The notes under the pieces were generated by a model. It saw only the letters and a list, made by a program, of their open reading frames with translations. It did no database searches and was not told the origin of the DNA. Positions 38,661-52,301 of a DNA stretch of 64,000 nucleotides are shown piece by piece. Within the stretch, counting starts at the first letter, position 1, and each line of letters starts with the position of its first letter. The DNA lies in contig JAPDFW010000086.1 of the NCBI GenBank assembly GCA_028826165.1, positions 186,001-250,000 of the forward strand, given 5' to 3'. A program made the position numbers and the translations under genes. Origin of the DNA: Anaeramoeba ignava BMAN. Taxonomy: Eukaryota; Protista; Anaeramoebae.

Positions 38661-41600
38661 ATGGGAAATCAATTAAAAACAATAGCGAATTGGTATTTCC
38701 ATGATTTAGAAGGATATGGATATACATTTGATGCGAGAATTGGAGGAGGAAGATTTTCGAAAACATTAAAAATGTACAAAGATGATTATGGAGTTGTTGT
38801 TGTTAAATATTTTCCAAAACATCAAAAAACAACAAGTTATAATGAATATGTTCTTAAATTAAAAGAAATTAAAAAAAAATTATATTCTATTCCTATTCTT
38901 AATGTTTTGCCTTATCATGATTTTATTGAGACAAAAAACGCTGGTTATTTAGTTAGACCTTTTTTTTATGCTAATCTTTCTGATAGATTAAGGTTTGCTT
39001 TTTATTTATTAAAAATTCAAATCTTCAATTTTAATAATAAATATAATAATAATTATAATAATAAATTTAATAATAAATATAATAATAAATATAATAATAA
39101 TTTTAATAATAATTTTAATAATAAATATAATAATAATTTTAATAATAATTTTAATAATAAATTTAATAATAAATTTAATAATAAATTTAATAATAAATTT
39201 AATAATAATATTAATAATAATTTTAATAATAAATTTAATAATAAATATAATAATTAATTTAATAATAATTTTAATAATAATTTTAATAAAAATTTTAATA
39301 ATAAATTTTAATAATAATTTTAATAATAAATTTAATAATACTTTTAATAATAATACTTTTAATAATAATTTTAATAATAATTTTAATAATAATTTTAATA
39401 ATAATTTTAATAATAATTTTAATAATAATTTTAATAATAAATTTTAATAATAAATTTAATAATAAATTTAATAATAATTATAATAATAATTTTAATAATA
39501 ATTTTAATAATAATTTTTAATAATAATTTTAATAATAATTATAATAATAATTTTAATAATAATTTTAATAATAAATTTAATAATAATTTTTAATAATAAT
39601 TTTAATAAATATAATAATAAATTTAATAATAATTTTAATAATAATTTTAATAATAAATTTAATAATAAATTTAATAATAAATATAATAATAAATATAATA
39701 ATAAATTTTAATAATAATAATTTTAATAATAAATTTAATAATAAATATAATAATTTAATAATAAATAATAATAAATTTTAATAATAAATTTAATAATAAA
39801 TTTTAATAATAAATTAAATAATAATTTTAATAATAAATTTAATAATAAATTTAATAATAATTTTAATAATAATTTTAATAATAATTTTAATAATAAATTT
39901 AATAATAAATATAATAATAATTTTAATAATAAGTTTAATAATAAATTTAATAATAAATTTAATAATAAATTTAAAATAATAAATTTAATAATAAATTTAA
40001 TAATAATTTTAATAATAATTTAATAATAAATTTAATAATAAATTTAATAATAAATTTAATAATAAATTTAATAATAAATTTAATAATAAATTTAATAATA
40101 AATTTAATAATAATTTTAATAATAATTTTAATAATAATTTTAATAATAAATTTAATAATAAATTTTAATAATAAATTTAATAATAAATTTAATAATAAAT
40201 ATAATAATAAATTTTAATAATAAATATAATAATAAATTTAATAATAATTTTAATAATAATTTTAATAATAAATTTAATAATAAATTTAATAATAAATATA
40301 ATAATAAATTTAATAATAATTTTAATAATAAATTTAATAATAATTATAATAATAAATATAATAATAAATTTAATAATAATTATAATAATAATTTTAATAA
40401 ATATAATAATAAATTTAATAATAATTTTAATAATAAATTTAATAATAAATTTTAATAATAAATTTAATAATAATTTTAATAATAATTTTAATAATAATTT
40501 TAATAATAAATTTAATAATAATTTTAATAATAATTTTTAATAATAATTTTAATAATCAATTTAATAATAATTTTAATAATAATTTTAATAATAAATTTAA
40601 TAATAATTTTAATAATAATTTTAATAATAATTTTAATAATAATTTTAATAATAAATTTAATAATAATTTTAATAATAAATATAATAATAAATTTAATAAT
40701 AATTTTAATAATAATTTTAATAATAATTTTAATAATAATTTTAATAATAATTTTAATAATAATTTTAATAATAAATTTAATAATAATTATAATATTTTTT
40801 TAGTATGCGACCATTTCTTACACTTATTGAAAAAAAATGGGTTACTTATCAACTTCTTGTAGCTTTAAAACAAATGCATTCTTGTGGAATTTATCATGGT
40901 GATGTGAGAACTAAAAGTGTTTTTGTGACATCTTTTTTATGGGTTTTACTTGGAGATTTACTTCCTTTTAAACCTATATATTTACCTCAAGTTTGTTATT
41001 AAAATTTAAAATTAAATATTAAAATTAAAATTATAAAATTAAAATTTTAATATTAAATATTAAAATTATAAATATTAAAATTATAAAGAACAATCCAGCA
41101 GATTTCTCATATTTTTTTGATTCATCAGGTAAAAGAAAATGTTATCTTGCTCCTGAAAGATTTTTTGATACTAGCCAATCACAAAATGAAACTGAAATTC
41201 ATTCACCAACTCAAAACGATAAAAAATTCAAAACCGAAAAAATTGATATAAAAATTGAAGATAAAAAGGAAAAAACAATAGAAAATAAAATTGAAATTGA
41301 AAAAGGAAATGAAAATAAGGATAAAGAAGATTCATTAACAGAAGAAATGGATATATTTTCTGCTGGATGTGTTATTGCTGAAATATTTCTTGATGGAATA
41401 CCCTTATTTCATTTATCTGATTTATTAAGTTATCGCAAAAAAGAATTTCATCCTGAAGAAAAATTGCAATCAATTTCTGATGAAAATGCCAAGAAATTAA
41501 TTTTGAATATGATTGATTTAGATCCGCAAAAAAGAAAATCAGCAAAATCTTATTTAAAAGAATTCGAGGATGTTTTATTTCCAAAATATTTTGATTTGGT

Positions 41601-44600
41601 TCATAATTTTATTGGAAAAGTTCAATTTTCACTTTCAGAAGAAAAAATATCTTTGATTCATGAAAAATTTCCAAATATTGTAAAATGGTTTGATGATAAA
41701 AATCCATTGGAAAATATAGATTTATTGAATGGAGAAGAAAATAATATTCAAAAAGAAGAAAAAAAGAGTAAAAATGAAGATGGAGATGAAAATCAAGATA
41801 ATAAAGAATCAAAAAATGGGGATTTGATTGAAGAACTTGATTTCATTAAAGGAAATAAGGATGATGTTAATAAAGATACCAATACGGATAACTTTATGAG
41901 AATAAATATGAATGAGATCAATGAATCGAATATTGAAAATAGAAACGATGGAAAGAAAAATTCTGATTCTATTCCAAATACACAAGATCTTGATATTCTG
42001 CTCTCAAATACACAAAAGTTTCTTTATAAAATATCTAATTTATCACAAGAAGCAAACAAGAAAAATAGCAATAACAATAATAACAATAATAATAACAACA
42101 ATAACAATAATAACAATAACAACAATAACAAGAAAAAAGATAATAGTAATAATAATAATAAATCAAGAAAAGATAAACATAATAAAAAGGAAACAACAAA
42201 AAAACAACCAACAAAAAAAGATTCAACAAAAAAACAATCAACAAGAAAGGATAATCAAAATAAAAAGGAAACAACAAAAAAACAATTAATAAAAAAAGAT
42301 TCAACAAAAAAACAATCAACAAAAAAACAATCAACAAGAAAAGATGATCAAAATAAAAAGGATTCAACAACAAAACAATCAACAAAAAAAGATTCAACAA
42401 AAAAACAATCAACAAGAAATGATAATCAAAATAAAAAGCATTCAACAAAAAAGGATGAACAAACAATAAAAAAAGATCCAACAAAAAAAGATGATAATAA
42501 GCCATATTCAAAAACATACAAAAAAATTCATACAAAAACACCAAAAAAAACCTATACAAAAACCCACAGAAAAGTATATAAAAAATCCAATACAAGAACT
42601 CCAAGAAAAGCTCATATAAAAAAAACAGAAAAAAAAGAAACAAAAAAAAAAGAAACAGAAAAAAAAGAAACAGTAACAAAAGAAACAAAAGAAATAGAAA
42701 CAAAAGAAATAGAAGGAAAAAAAGCACTTATAATTCACGAAAGACAAGAATTTTTCGAATCATTAACAAATATTGAATTTTCAGGTCCAATAAATGAAGG
42801 TCTATCAATTGCCAGTATGTATCAATACAAAATCCAAGAAACGCAACGGAAATATCTTTCTTATCCAAAATATGAAGGATTAATCCTAATAATAAATATA
42901 ATCACATCTTCAATTCGCAATTTATATCGACCAAATTTAAAACTATTATCAATGAAAATGCTAATGGAAACAAGTCTTAATTGCAAAGACGAGGTGAGAC
43001 TTGAAAGGGTTGTTCCGTATCTTGTTTCAATGAGCTCAGACCCAAATCCAACAGTTCGCGCAACTTCTATTGATTGTTTAACAAAAGTTCTTGATATGTG
43101 TCAATCAATTACTTTGTCAAATGATAATATTTTTCCTGATTATATTATCCCCTCTTTGACTAAAATTATTAACGATCCTGAGCCAATTGTTAGGATTGCT
43201 TTCGCAAGAAATATTGGTTCATTAGCCCTTATTTCACGTAGATTTGCAGAATTTTCAACTCGATTTTTCCGTGAATTGAATGAAAAAGAAAAAAAGAAAA
43301 AAATTCAGGATCAATTGAATGTTGTTAAAAAAAATGAAAGTGCTAAAGTAAATCAGCTGTTGAAAATTGATGTTAATTTGATACCAAAAATCCCAAAAGA
43401 ATATTTTGATTTAAGCAAAACACCAACACAAGAGAAAACAAATAATTTTTTGATAAAAAAGGAGGATGCAGAAGATTTGAATTCAAATGAAATCAATCTA
43501 AATGAAATCAATCTAAATGAAAATGATTCAAATGAAATTAATTTAGAGGATAAAAATTATATCGATAAAAATTATATTGATAAAAAAAATATTGATGAAA
43601 AAAATAACGATGAAAAACCAAAAGAAATAACAGAAAAAAAACCCAAAAGAAAAATTTCTAAAAACGAGAATGAAAACAAAAAAAAGAAAAAGAACAAGAA
43701 AAAGAACAAAAACAAAAACAACGATTTCGAACATTCTTTTCATATACAAATAAATCGTTTACATGAAAAATTCATTGATTTAGTAACAAAATTATTTGGA
43801 GACACATTTCCGCATGTGAAAACAGCACTTTTGAATGAACTTCCGCAATTATGCTTTTTTTTCGAAAGCGATTTGACAAGAACAAGACTTTTACCGTTAT
43901 TAATTACGTTTCTTAATGATCGAGATTGGCAACTTCGGTACTCATTTTTCCATCATATTCCGGATGTCTCAATTTTTCTCGGAAAGGAAACAACAGAAGA
44001 ATTTCTTCTTCCTTGCATTATTGAGGCGTTAACAGATCCTGAAGAAATTATAATGGCAAAATGTTTAAACTCGTTAAAAATGCTAGTGAATTTAAAATTG
44101 ATCAAGAAAAACACGATCATATCAATTGCGCAGAAAGTTGTTCCTTTGCTTGTTCATCCGAATACTTGGATCCGTTTTGCTTGCATTGGATTTGTTGGTT
44201 CTGTGTATAAGCATTTCAATCCGATTGATTTCCAGTGCTTTATAATCCCACTTTTGCAGATTTTTCTAAAACGAAGAATGCATGAATTCACCGAATTAAA
44301 TATTCTTGAAAATTTAAAGGCTCCTTTAACAAGAGACCGATATGAACAGTCTATTGTTGAAACACACAATACACTTGGCGCCAATTTTGTCAAGCTTGAG
44401 GTTTCAGAAAAACTGGCTAATCTCCAGAATCCAGGACTTCAAATGTCTATATTTGATCAAGATTCAAAAATGACTCAAAAATCTGATATTAAAAAATTGG
44501 AAATGGAGATCAATTCACCTCTTTTTAAATCAAACAGTGAAAATTCACAACAGAAAAATTTAACCGAAATTCGGGACAAAAATGAAAATCAAATCAAAAC

Positions 44601-46814
44601 AGAAAAATCGAAAAATGAAATGAGAGGGACTGAAGAGGGAACTTTTATTTTGAAGCTCAAACCTTTTATCACTAAGGCTTCTTATCAAGAAAAGCATCGA
44701 AGAGCAGAATTTCTTCAACTGTATCAAGAAAACGAGAAAAATATAACTCGAAGTGAGTTTCCGAATTCATCTTTTTATGGAACATCAAAACAAGATTTTG
44801 ATCAAGCAATATTTACAAAGGATTCTAAGATGGAACTTATTATTCCTGAACAGATTCAAGAGCAGAGAATTATATATCGGCCCAAGAAAACCCAGAAGAC
44901 TTTTACTTTTAAGAACACTTCTGGTTATGGTCAAAGGTTTTCTCGTGTTTCTAAGTTATTATCTCGACAAGCAAGAATTTCGCGACGATCAGCTCAACCA
45001 AACGATAGTTTGTTAAATCCTTTGGATTCTGAAGTGAGTCCTGTAGTTTCGAAAGCTGTTGTTGATAATTGTAAGATATATAAAATATATAAAAATATAT
45101 AAAATTAATGAAAATATATAAAAAATATACATTTACATGAAATTATATGAAAATATATAAAAAATATACATTTACATGAAATTATATAAAAATATATAAA
45201 AAATATTCATTTACATGAAATTATATAAAAATTATTCTGTAATAAAAGTAAAAAAAAACCCAAGAAAACCATTGGATAATTGGCTCCAACAAACAATCGA
45301 CAAAAATCTCGAACAAATAATCGCAACAAAACTACGGAGACAAAAACCACAAACGGAGATCAATCTCGGAACAATTCGAAGATGGAAAGACGGAGAAATG
45401 AGCACAGAAGCATTTGAGGGAGAAGGATTATGCAAATGGCGACCACGAGGCATTTTAGCAGCACATTTACACGAACATCGCGGAGCAGTGAACACAATTG
45501 ATGTATCAGGAGATAACTTATTTTTTGTAAGCGCATCTGATGACGGAACAGTTAAGATTTGGGACACTCAACGAATACAAACAAATACATCATTCAAATC
45601 TCAAATCACTTACTCCCAACAGGGCGGAAAGATCAGAGCCGCAACCATATGCCACAACTCGCACGGAATTGCTTCTGTATCAACAAACGGAACAATCCAT
45701 TTATTCTCAATAGAATCCTCATTTATGCAAACAGGAAAATTTCACACTTCAGCCAAAAAAGACAATTCGGAACTTTTTTCAACAATGAAAGTTCTTGATC
45801 CCAAAGAAGGCGAAATAATAGATATAAAGACCTTCGGCAGCGCAGATTCGAACTTGCTTTTGTATGCAACGCAAGCCTCCCGTTTCCACGGATGGGATTT
45901 GCGTTCCTCAAAAGAAGCTTTTGATATCCCACTGTCACCCAAGTTGGGGCTTATTACCGGATTTATTGTCGAACCAAATCAAACTTGGTGCGCTGTTAGT
46001 ACGTATTTGGGATATGTTCAGTGCTGGGATCTCCGGTTTATGGTACCGTTCCAAACTTGGAGACATCCTTCAAACCAATCCATTTATAAAATCAGTTATT
46101 ATTTTGGAACTCATCATAAATTTTGGATCATTTTATCTTCAGGCAAAAACGAAGTCTCTGTTTGGGACATAACAAAGCCCAGTTGTCGCCAAGTGTATCG
46201 GAGCGCTCAACTCCGAATCCGAACTCAAAAACAAGCCCGATTTTATCCCTCCAGTCTCACATGACAAGCTATCAAGACAAAACACAATCACGGCTGATCT
46301 TGCAAGTATTTCTTCCCTCGAAATATCAGACCCAGATCTCCGAAGCTCACACAATCAGGACTCTGTGCGCGCCATTTGGGCTTCCAAAGACCATTCTTAT
46401 ATGCTTACTGCGGGCACTGACAGATGCATACGTTACTGGGATCTTCCTAAGATTACAAATTCATATGTTGTTTCTGGTCCTGAAAATTTGTCAAAAAATC
46501 GTCAATATAATCTCTCAACTGTTAGCAGTGTTGCTGTATACTCAGACTTTCCTGGCCCAAATATTCGTGATCCTGAATTCGAGTCTGTTCTTGCTACTCG
46601 AAGCACTTCCCTTTCTACTACTCCCTTTTATCATAATTCAAACTCTATTCAAAATTCCCATTCAAATTCCAATTTGAATAAAGATTCAAATGTTATTCTT
46701 GATAATACTAATATTGAACATAGAGATTGTATTTTGGATTTGAATCTTCTTGAATTTCCTCGTCCTATGTTGATTTCTTCTAGTAGAGATGGTGTTATTA
46801 AGATCTGGGCTTAA
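38661..46814 (+). CDS. VPS15: VPS15/PIK3R4 (pseudokinase-HEAT-WD40); introns 38993-40803, 40991-41088, 45071-45248; +1 frameshift at ~46200
   Basis: MGNQL myristoylation start, GGGRFSKT, DRLS|MRPFL, NPADFSYFFDSSGKRKCYLAPERF, MDIFSAGCVIAE, FLNDRDWQLR, WRPRGILAAHLHEH, C-terminal SSSRDGVIKIW. Confidence 0.95.
39030..40790. repeat. 12-mer (TTTAATAATAAA/TTTTAATAATAA)n array in VPS15 intron 1
   Basis: Direct reading. Confidence 0.95.
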
Positions 46815-46844
46815 CAAACCAAAAATAAATTCAAAATTATAAAT

Positions 46845-49470
46845 AATTATTATTAAAATTAAAATTAAATTTATTATTAAATTTATTATTAAAATTATTA
46901 TTAAAATTATTAATAAACTTATTAATAAACTTATTATTAAAATTATTATTAAAATTATTATTAAAATTATTATTAAAATTATTATTAAAATTATTATTAA
47001 AATTATTATTAAATTTATTATTAAAATTATTATTAAAATTATTATTAAAATTATTATTAAATTTATTATTAAAATTATTATTAAATTTATTATTAAAATT
47101 TATTATTAAATTTATTATTAAAGTTATTATTAAATTTATTATTAAAATTATTATTAAAATTATTATTAAAATTATTATTAAAATTATTATTAAAATTATT
47201 ATTAAAATTATTATTAAAATTATTATTAAATTATTATTAAAATTAAAATTATTATTAAAATAATTATTAAAATAATTATTAAATTTATTATTAAAATTAT
47301 TATTAAAAATTATTATTAAAATTATTATTAAAAATTATTATTAAATTTATTATTAAAATAATTATTAAAATTATTGTTAAATTTATTATTAAAATTATTA
47401 TTAAAATTATTATTAAAATTATTATTAAAATTATTATTAAAATTTTAAATAATTATTATTAAATTTATTATTAAATTTATTATTAAAATTATTATTAAAA
47501 TTTATTATTAAATTTATTATTAAAATTATTATTAAAATTATTATTAAAATTATTATTAAAATTATTTTTAAAATTATTTTTAAAATTATTATTAAAATTA
47601 TTATTAAATTTATTATTAAAATTATTATTAAAATTATTTTTAAAATTATTATTAAAATTATTATTAATAAAATTATTAATAAAATTATTATTAAATTTAT
47701 TAATAAAATTATTATTAAAATTATTATTAAAATTATTATTAAAATTATTATTAAATTTATTATTAAAATTATTATTAAATTTATTATTAAAATTATTATT
47801 AAAATTATTATTAAAAATTATTATTAAAATTATTATTAAATTTATTATTAAAATTATTATTAAAATTATTATTAAAATTTATTATTAAATTTATTATTAA
47901 ATTTATTATTAAATTTATTATTAAAATTATTATTAAATTTATTATTAAAATTATTATTAAATTTATTATTAAATTTATTATTAAAATTATTATTAAAATT
48001 ATTATTAAAATTATTATTAAATTTATTATTAAAATTATTATTAAATTTATTATTAAAATTATTATTAAAATTATTATTAAAATTATTTATTAAATTTATT
48101 ATTAAAATTATTATTAAAATTATTATTAAAATTATTATTAAAATTATTATTAAAATTATTATTAAATTTATTATTAAATTTATTATTAAATTTATTATTG
48201 GATTTATTATTAAATTTATTATTGGATTTATTATTAAAATTATTATTAAATTTATTATTAAAATTATTATTAAAATTTATTATTATAATTATTATTTAAA
48301 TTATTATTAAATTTATTATTAAATTTATTATTAAATTTATTATTAAAATTATTATTAAAATTATTATTAAAATTATTATTAAAATTATTATTAAATTTAT
48401 TATTAAATTTATTATTAAAATTATTATTAAAATTATTATTAAATTTATTATTAAATTTATTATTAAAATTATTATTAAATTTATTATTAAATTGATTATT
48501 AAATTTATTATTAAATTTATTATTAAAATTATTATTAAAATTTATTATTAAATTTATTATTAAAATTATTATTAAAATTATTATTAAATTTATTATTAAA
48601 ATTATTATTAAAATTATTATTAAATTTATTATTAAAATTATTATTAAAATTATTATTAAATTTATTATTAAAATTATTATTAAAATTATTTTTAAAATTA
48701 TTATTAAAATTATTATTAATAAAATTATTATTAAAATTATTATTAAAATTATTATTAAAATTATTATTAAAATTATTATTAAAATTATTATTAAAATTAT
48801 TATTAAATTTATTATTAAAATTATTATTAAATTTATTATTAAAATTATTATTAAAATTATTATTAAAATTATTATTAAAATTATTATTAAAATTTATTAT
48901 TAAAATTATTATTAAAATTATTATTAAAATTTATTATTAAATTTATTATTAAATTTATTATTAAATTTATTATTAAAATTATTATTAAATTTATTATTAA
49001 AATTATTATTAAATTTATTATTAAATTTATTATTAAAATTATTATTAAAATTATTATTAAAATTATTATTAAATTTATTATTAAAATTATTATTAAATTT
49101 ATTATTAAAATTATTATTAAAATTATTATTAAAATTATTTATTAAATTTATTATTAAAATTATTATTAAAATTATTATTAAAATTATTATTAAAATTATT
49201 ATTAAAATTATTATTAAATTTATTATTAAATTTATTATTAAATTTATTATTGGATTTATTATTAAATTTATTATTGGATTTATTATTAAAATTATTATTA
49301 AATTTATTATTAAAATTATTATTAAAATTTATTATTATAATTATTATTTAAATTATTATTAAAATTATTATTAAAATTATTATTAAAATTATTATTAAAA
49401 TTATTATTAAAATTATTATTAAAATTATTATTAAAATTATTATTAAATTTATTATAAAATTTATTAAAAT
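46845..49470. repeat. 12-mer (TTATTATTAAAA/TTTATTATTAAA)n intergenic array
   Basis: Direct reading; internal ~1.05-kb duplication marked by TTGGATTTATTATTAAATTTATTATTGG at ~48197 and ~49250. Confidence 0.95.
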
Positions 49471-49542
49471 TATTTCTTCAAATTTGTTGTGAAATAAATT
49501 TTTTCATTTTTCATTTTTCATTTTTCATTTTTTCATTTTAAA

Positions 49543-49986
49543 ATGTTTTCTGAAAATTCTCAAAACTTAAATAAAAAACAAAAGAATTCTTCTCCAATTA
49601 AAACACTTGATATAAATCAAAATTTTAAAGATAAAAATATTTCCGAAATTGAAGAATTATTTGGAAACTTTCATTTAAATCAAAATGAAAAAAATTCAAA
49701 ACAAAAAAATTCAAATGAAAAAAATCAAATAAAAATGAAAAATCTAAATGAATTTAAATCAAATTCTTCTTCTCTTAAAAAATTTAATCAAAAAAATAAA
49801 ACTTTAATAACAAAAAAATCTTTTCAAAATGAAAATTCAAAATCAATTTTTAAAAATAATTCAAAATTTAATAATAAAAAATGTTTAATTTCTTTTTTTA
49901 TTTTGTTTTTAATTCTAATTTTTGTATTATTTTATTCTCTATTTAAAAATTTAAAAAAATTTATTGAAGAAATAAAAGAAAATTAA
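49543..49986 (+). CDS. Hypothetical 147-aa protein with single near-C-terminal TM helix (tail-anchor-like)
   Basis: ATG in AAAATG context after T-rich leader like neighbouring genes; hydrophobic CLISFFILFLILIFVLFYSLF. Confidence 0.6.
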   Translation: MFSENSQNLNKKQKNSSPIKTLDINQNFKDKNISEIEELFGNFHLNQNEKNSKQKNSNEKNQIKMKNLNEFKSNSSSLKKFNQKNKTLITKKSFQNENSKSIFKNNSKFNNKKCLISFFILFLILIFVLFYSLFKNLKKFIEEIKEN

Positions 49987-50054
49987 TTAAAAAATTTTAA
50001 TTTTCATTTTTTTCATTTTTTTCATTTTTTTCATTTTTTTTTTATTTATAAAAT

Positions 50055-50494
50055 ATGAATGAAGATTTAAAAAAACAAGAAGCTGAACATACAATAACAA
50101 GTAGAAAATCAAATTTATAAATTTAAAATTAAAATTGAAAATTAAATTTAAAATTAATATTAAAATTTAAATTAATATTAAATTTAAAATTAAATTTAAT
50201 ATTAAATTTATAAATAAAATTATTATTAAAATTATTATTAAAATTATTATTAAAATTTTTTTCCGATTTTAATTTTTCAAAAAATAAGTTTTAAAAGAAA
50301 TATCAGATTTATTAAATACTGGTTTAGATCAAGAAACAATTCGAATTCTTGTATCACTTATTGAACAAGGAGTTAATCCAGAAGCACTTGCATTAATAGT
50401 AAAAGAAATAAGGAAAGAGGGAGAACAAATAATTGAAGAACGAAAAAGAAACGAAACACAATTACTTTTTCAACCAGATCAAGAAAGAAAATGA
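50055..50494 (+). CDS. MZT1: MOZART1/GIP gamma-tubulin complex protein; intron 50101-50288
   Basis: Not in ORF track; spliced product [42 protein letters not shown] is the MZT1 signature. Confidence 0.93.
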
Positions 50495-50581
50495 ATAAAA
50501 AAAAAAACCAAAAAAAAATAATAAATTTTTTCATTTTATTTTTTTTCATTTTTTTCTTTTCATTTTTTTTCATTTTTTAAA

Positions 50582-52132
50582 ATGATTTTTTTCTTTTTTC
50601 TTCTTTATATTCTTTCTCTTGCTTTTTTCCTCATTACTTTTCATCGTTTTACAGTAGTTTTATCTTTATTTACTTCTCGAAAAAATCGAATGCAAAAAGC
50701 GAAAAATTCTGAAGAAAGAATAAAACAACTTCCTCAAGAAAGTTTAAAGAAAATCCAAAATGAAATCTTTGCAAGACGTTCAGGTCTTCCTGAATCTATT
50801 CTTTGGCTTGGCGTTCCTTTGAGTGTCTCTTTTCTAGAACCAGAAAGAAGTCGTAAAAAAAAAAGCGAAATTTATATTGTTGTTTCTTTAGCCATTGTTT
50901 ATTTCACTGGTAAATTTATTTAAATTTAAAATTCATTTTTAAATCAAAATCAAAATTAAAATTAAAATTCATTTATAAAATTAAAATTCAATTTAAAATT
51001 CATTTATAAAATTAAAATTAAAATTAAAAATAAAATTAAAATTAATATTTAAAATTAATATTTAAAATTAAAATTAAAATTAAAAATAAAATTAAAATTA
51101 ATATTTAAAATTAATATTTAAAATCAAAATCAAAATTAAAATCAAAATTCAAATCAAAATTAAAATTAAAATTAAAATTAAAATTAAAATTAAAATTAAA
51201 ATTTATATCAAAATTAAAATTTAAAAATAGGATTTTATGCACCATTACTTTTACCAAATGCACTCTTTTTAGCATTTATATCATATTCATTACTCAAAGC
51301 TTATAAACCACTTAAATATAAAGTTTCTGAACTTTATGGAATTTCGAATTATCGAATTTTTATATCAGGATCAAAAGACGATCGAAAAGTAATTGAACCA
51401 TTTCGTTTCTGGCCAATATCAAGCATATCCAATATTAAAGTTGAACCAAAAAATCAAGACACATTTACAGTTTTTATTTATTTTTCTAATGATCCAAGAA
51501 TTTGTGAAATTTGCAATATTTCAAATCCTGAATTTTTATTATCTATTTTACAAACATCGAATCAAACTAATGGAAATGTTGATTCAAATTCAAATCAAAA
51601 TTCAAATCAAAACTCAAATCAAAATTCAAATCAAAATTCAAATCAAAACTCAAATCAAAATTCAAATCAAAATTCAAATCAAAATTCAAATCAAAACTCA
51701 AATCAAAATCAAAATTCAAATCAAAATGCTCTTTATCCAATTGATGATATTTTAATTGAAAATGATGAAAATTATTTTGTTCCTCAACTTGATTCTAAAT
51801 CAATTTCAAATTCAAATCAAAAACAAAATCAAAATTTATATCCAAATTTAAATCAAAATCAAAATCAAAATCAAAATCAAAATTTATCGAATCAATTTCC
51901 TGCAAATCCTTTCTTTTTCTCAAATCAAAACAGTTTTTTTCAACAACCTTTTTATTATCGTCCAATTCCAATTCCTTCTCAATTTCAAAATTTAAATCAA
52001 AATCAAAATCAAAATCAAAATCAAAATCAAAATCAAAATCAAAATTCTAAATCAAAATCAAAATCAAAATCAAAATTTATATCCAAATTTAAATCAAAAT
52101 CAAAATCAAAATATTCAAGAACTTTAATTTGA
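50582..52132 (+). CDS. Hypothetical membrane protein, bacterial-PH-like pattern plus NQ-rich tail; intron 50910-51230
   Basis: N-terminal TM, ESILWLGVP, two TMs, YGISNYRIFI..ISNIKVE; GTAAAT..TAG intron keeps frame; possible extra base at ~52046. Confidence 0.6.
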
Positions 52133-52301
52133 TTTTTTAATTTGATTTTTTAATTTGATTTTTAATTTGATTTTTAATTTGATTTCGATTTTCCAAAACA
52201 ATCAAAAATGAAAAAAAAAATTTGGAACAAAAACAAAAACATTTTTAATTTGAATTTTTAATTTTCAGTTTATTTTTTTATTACAAAAAAAGAAATGATT
52301 T

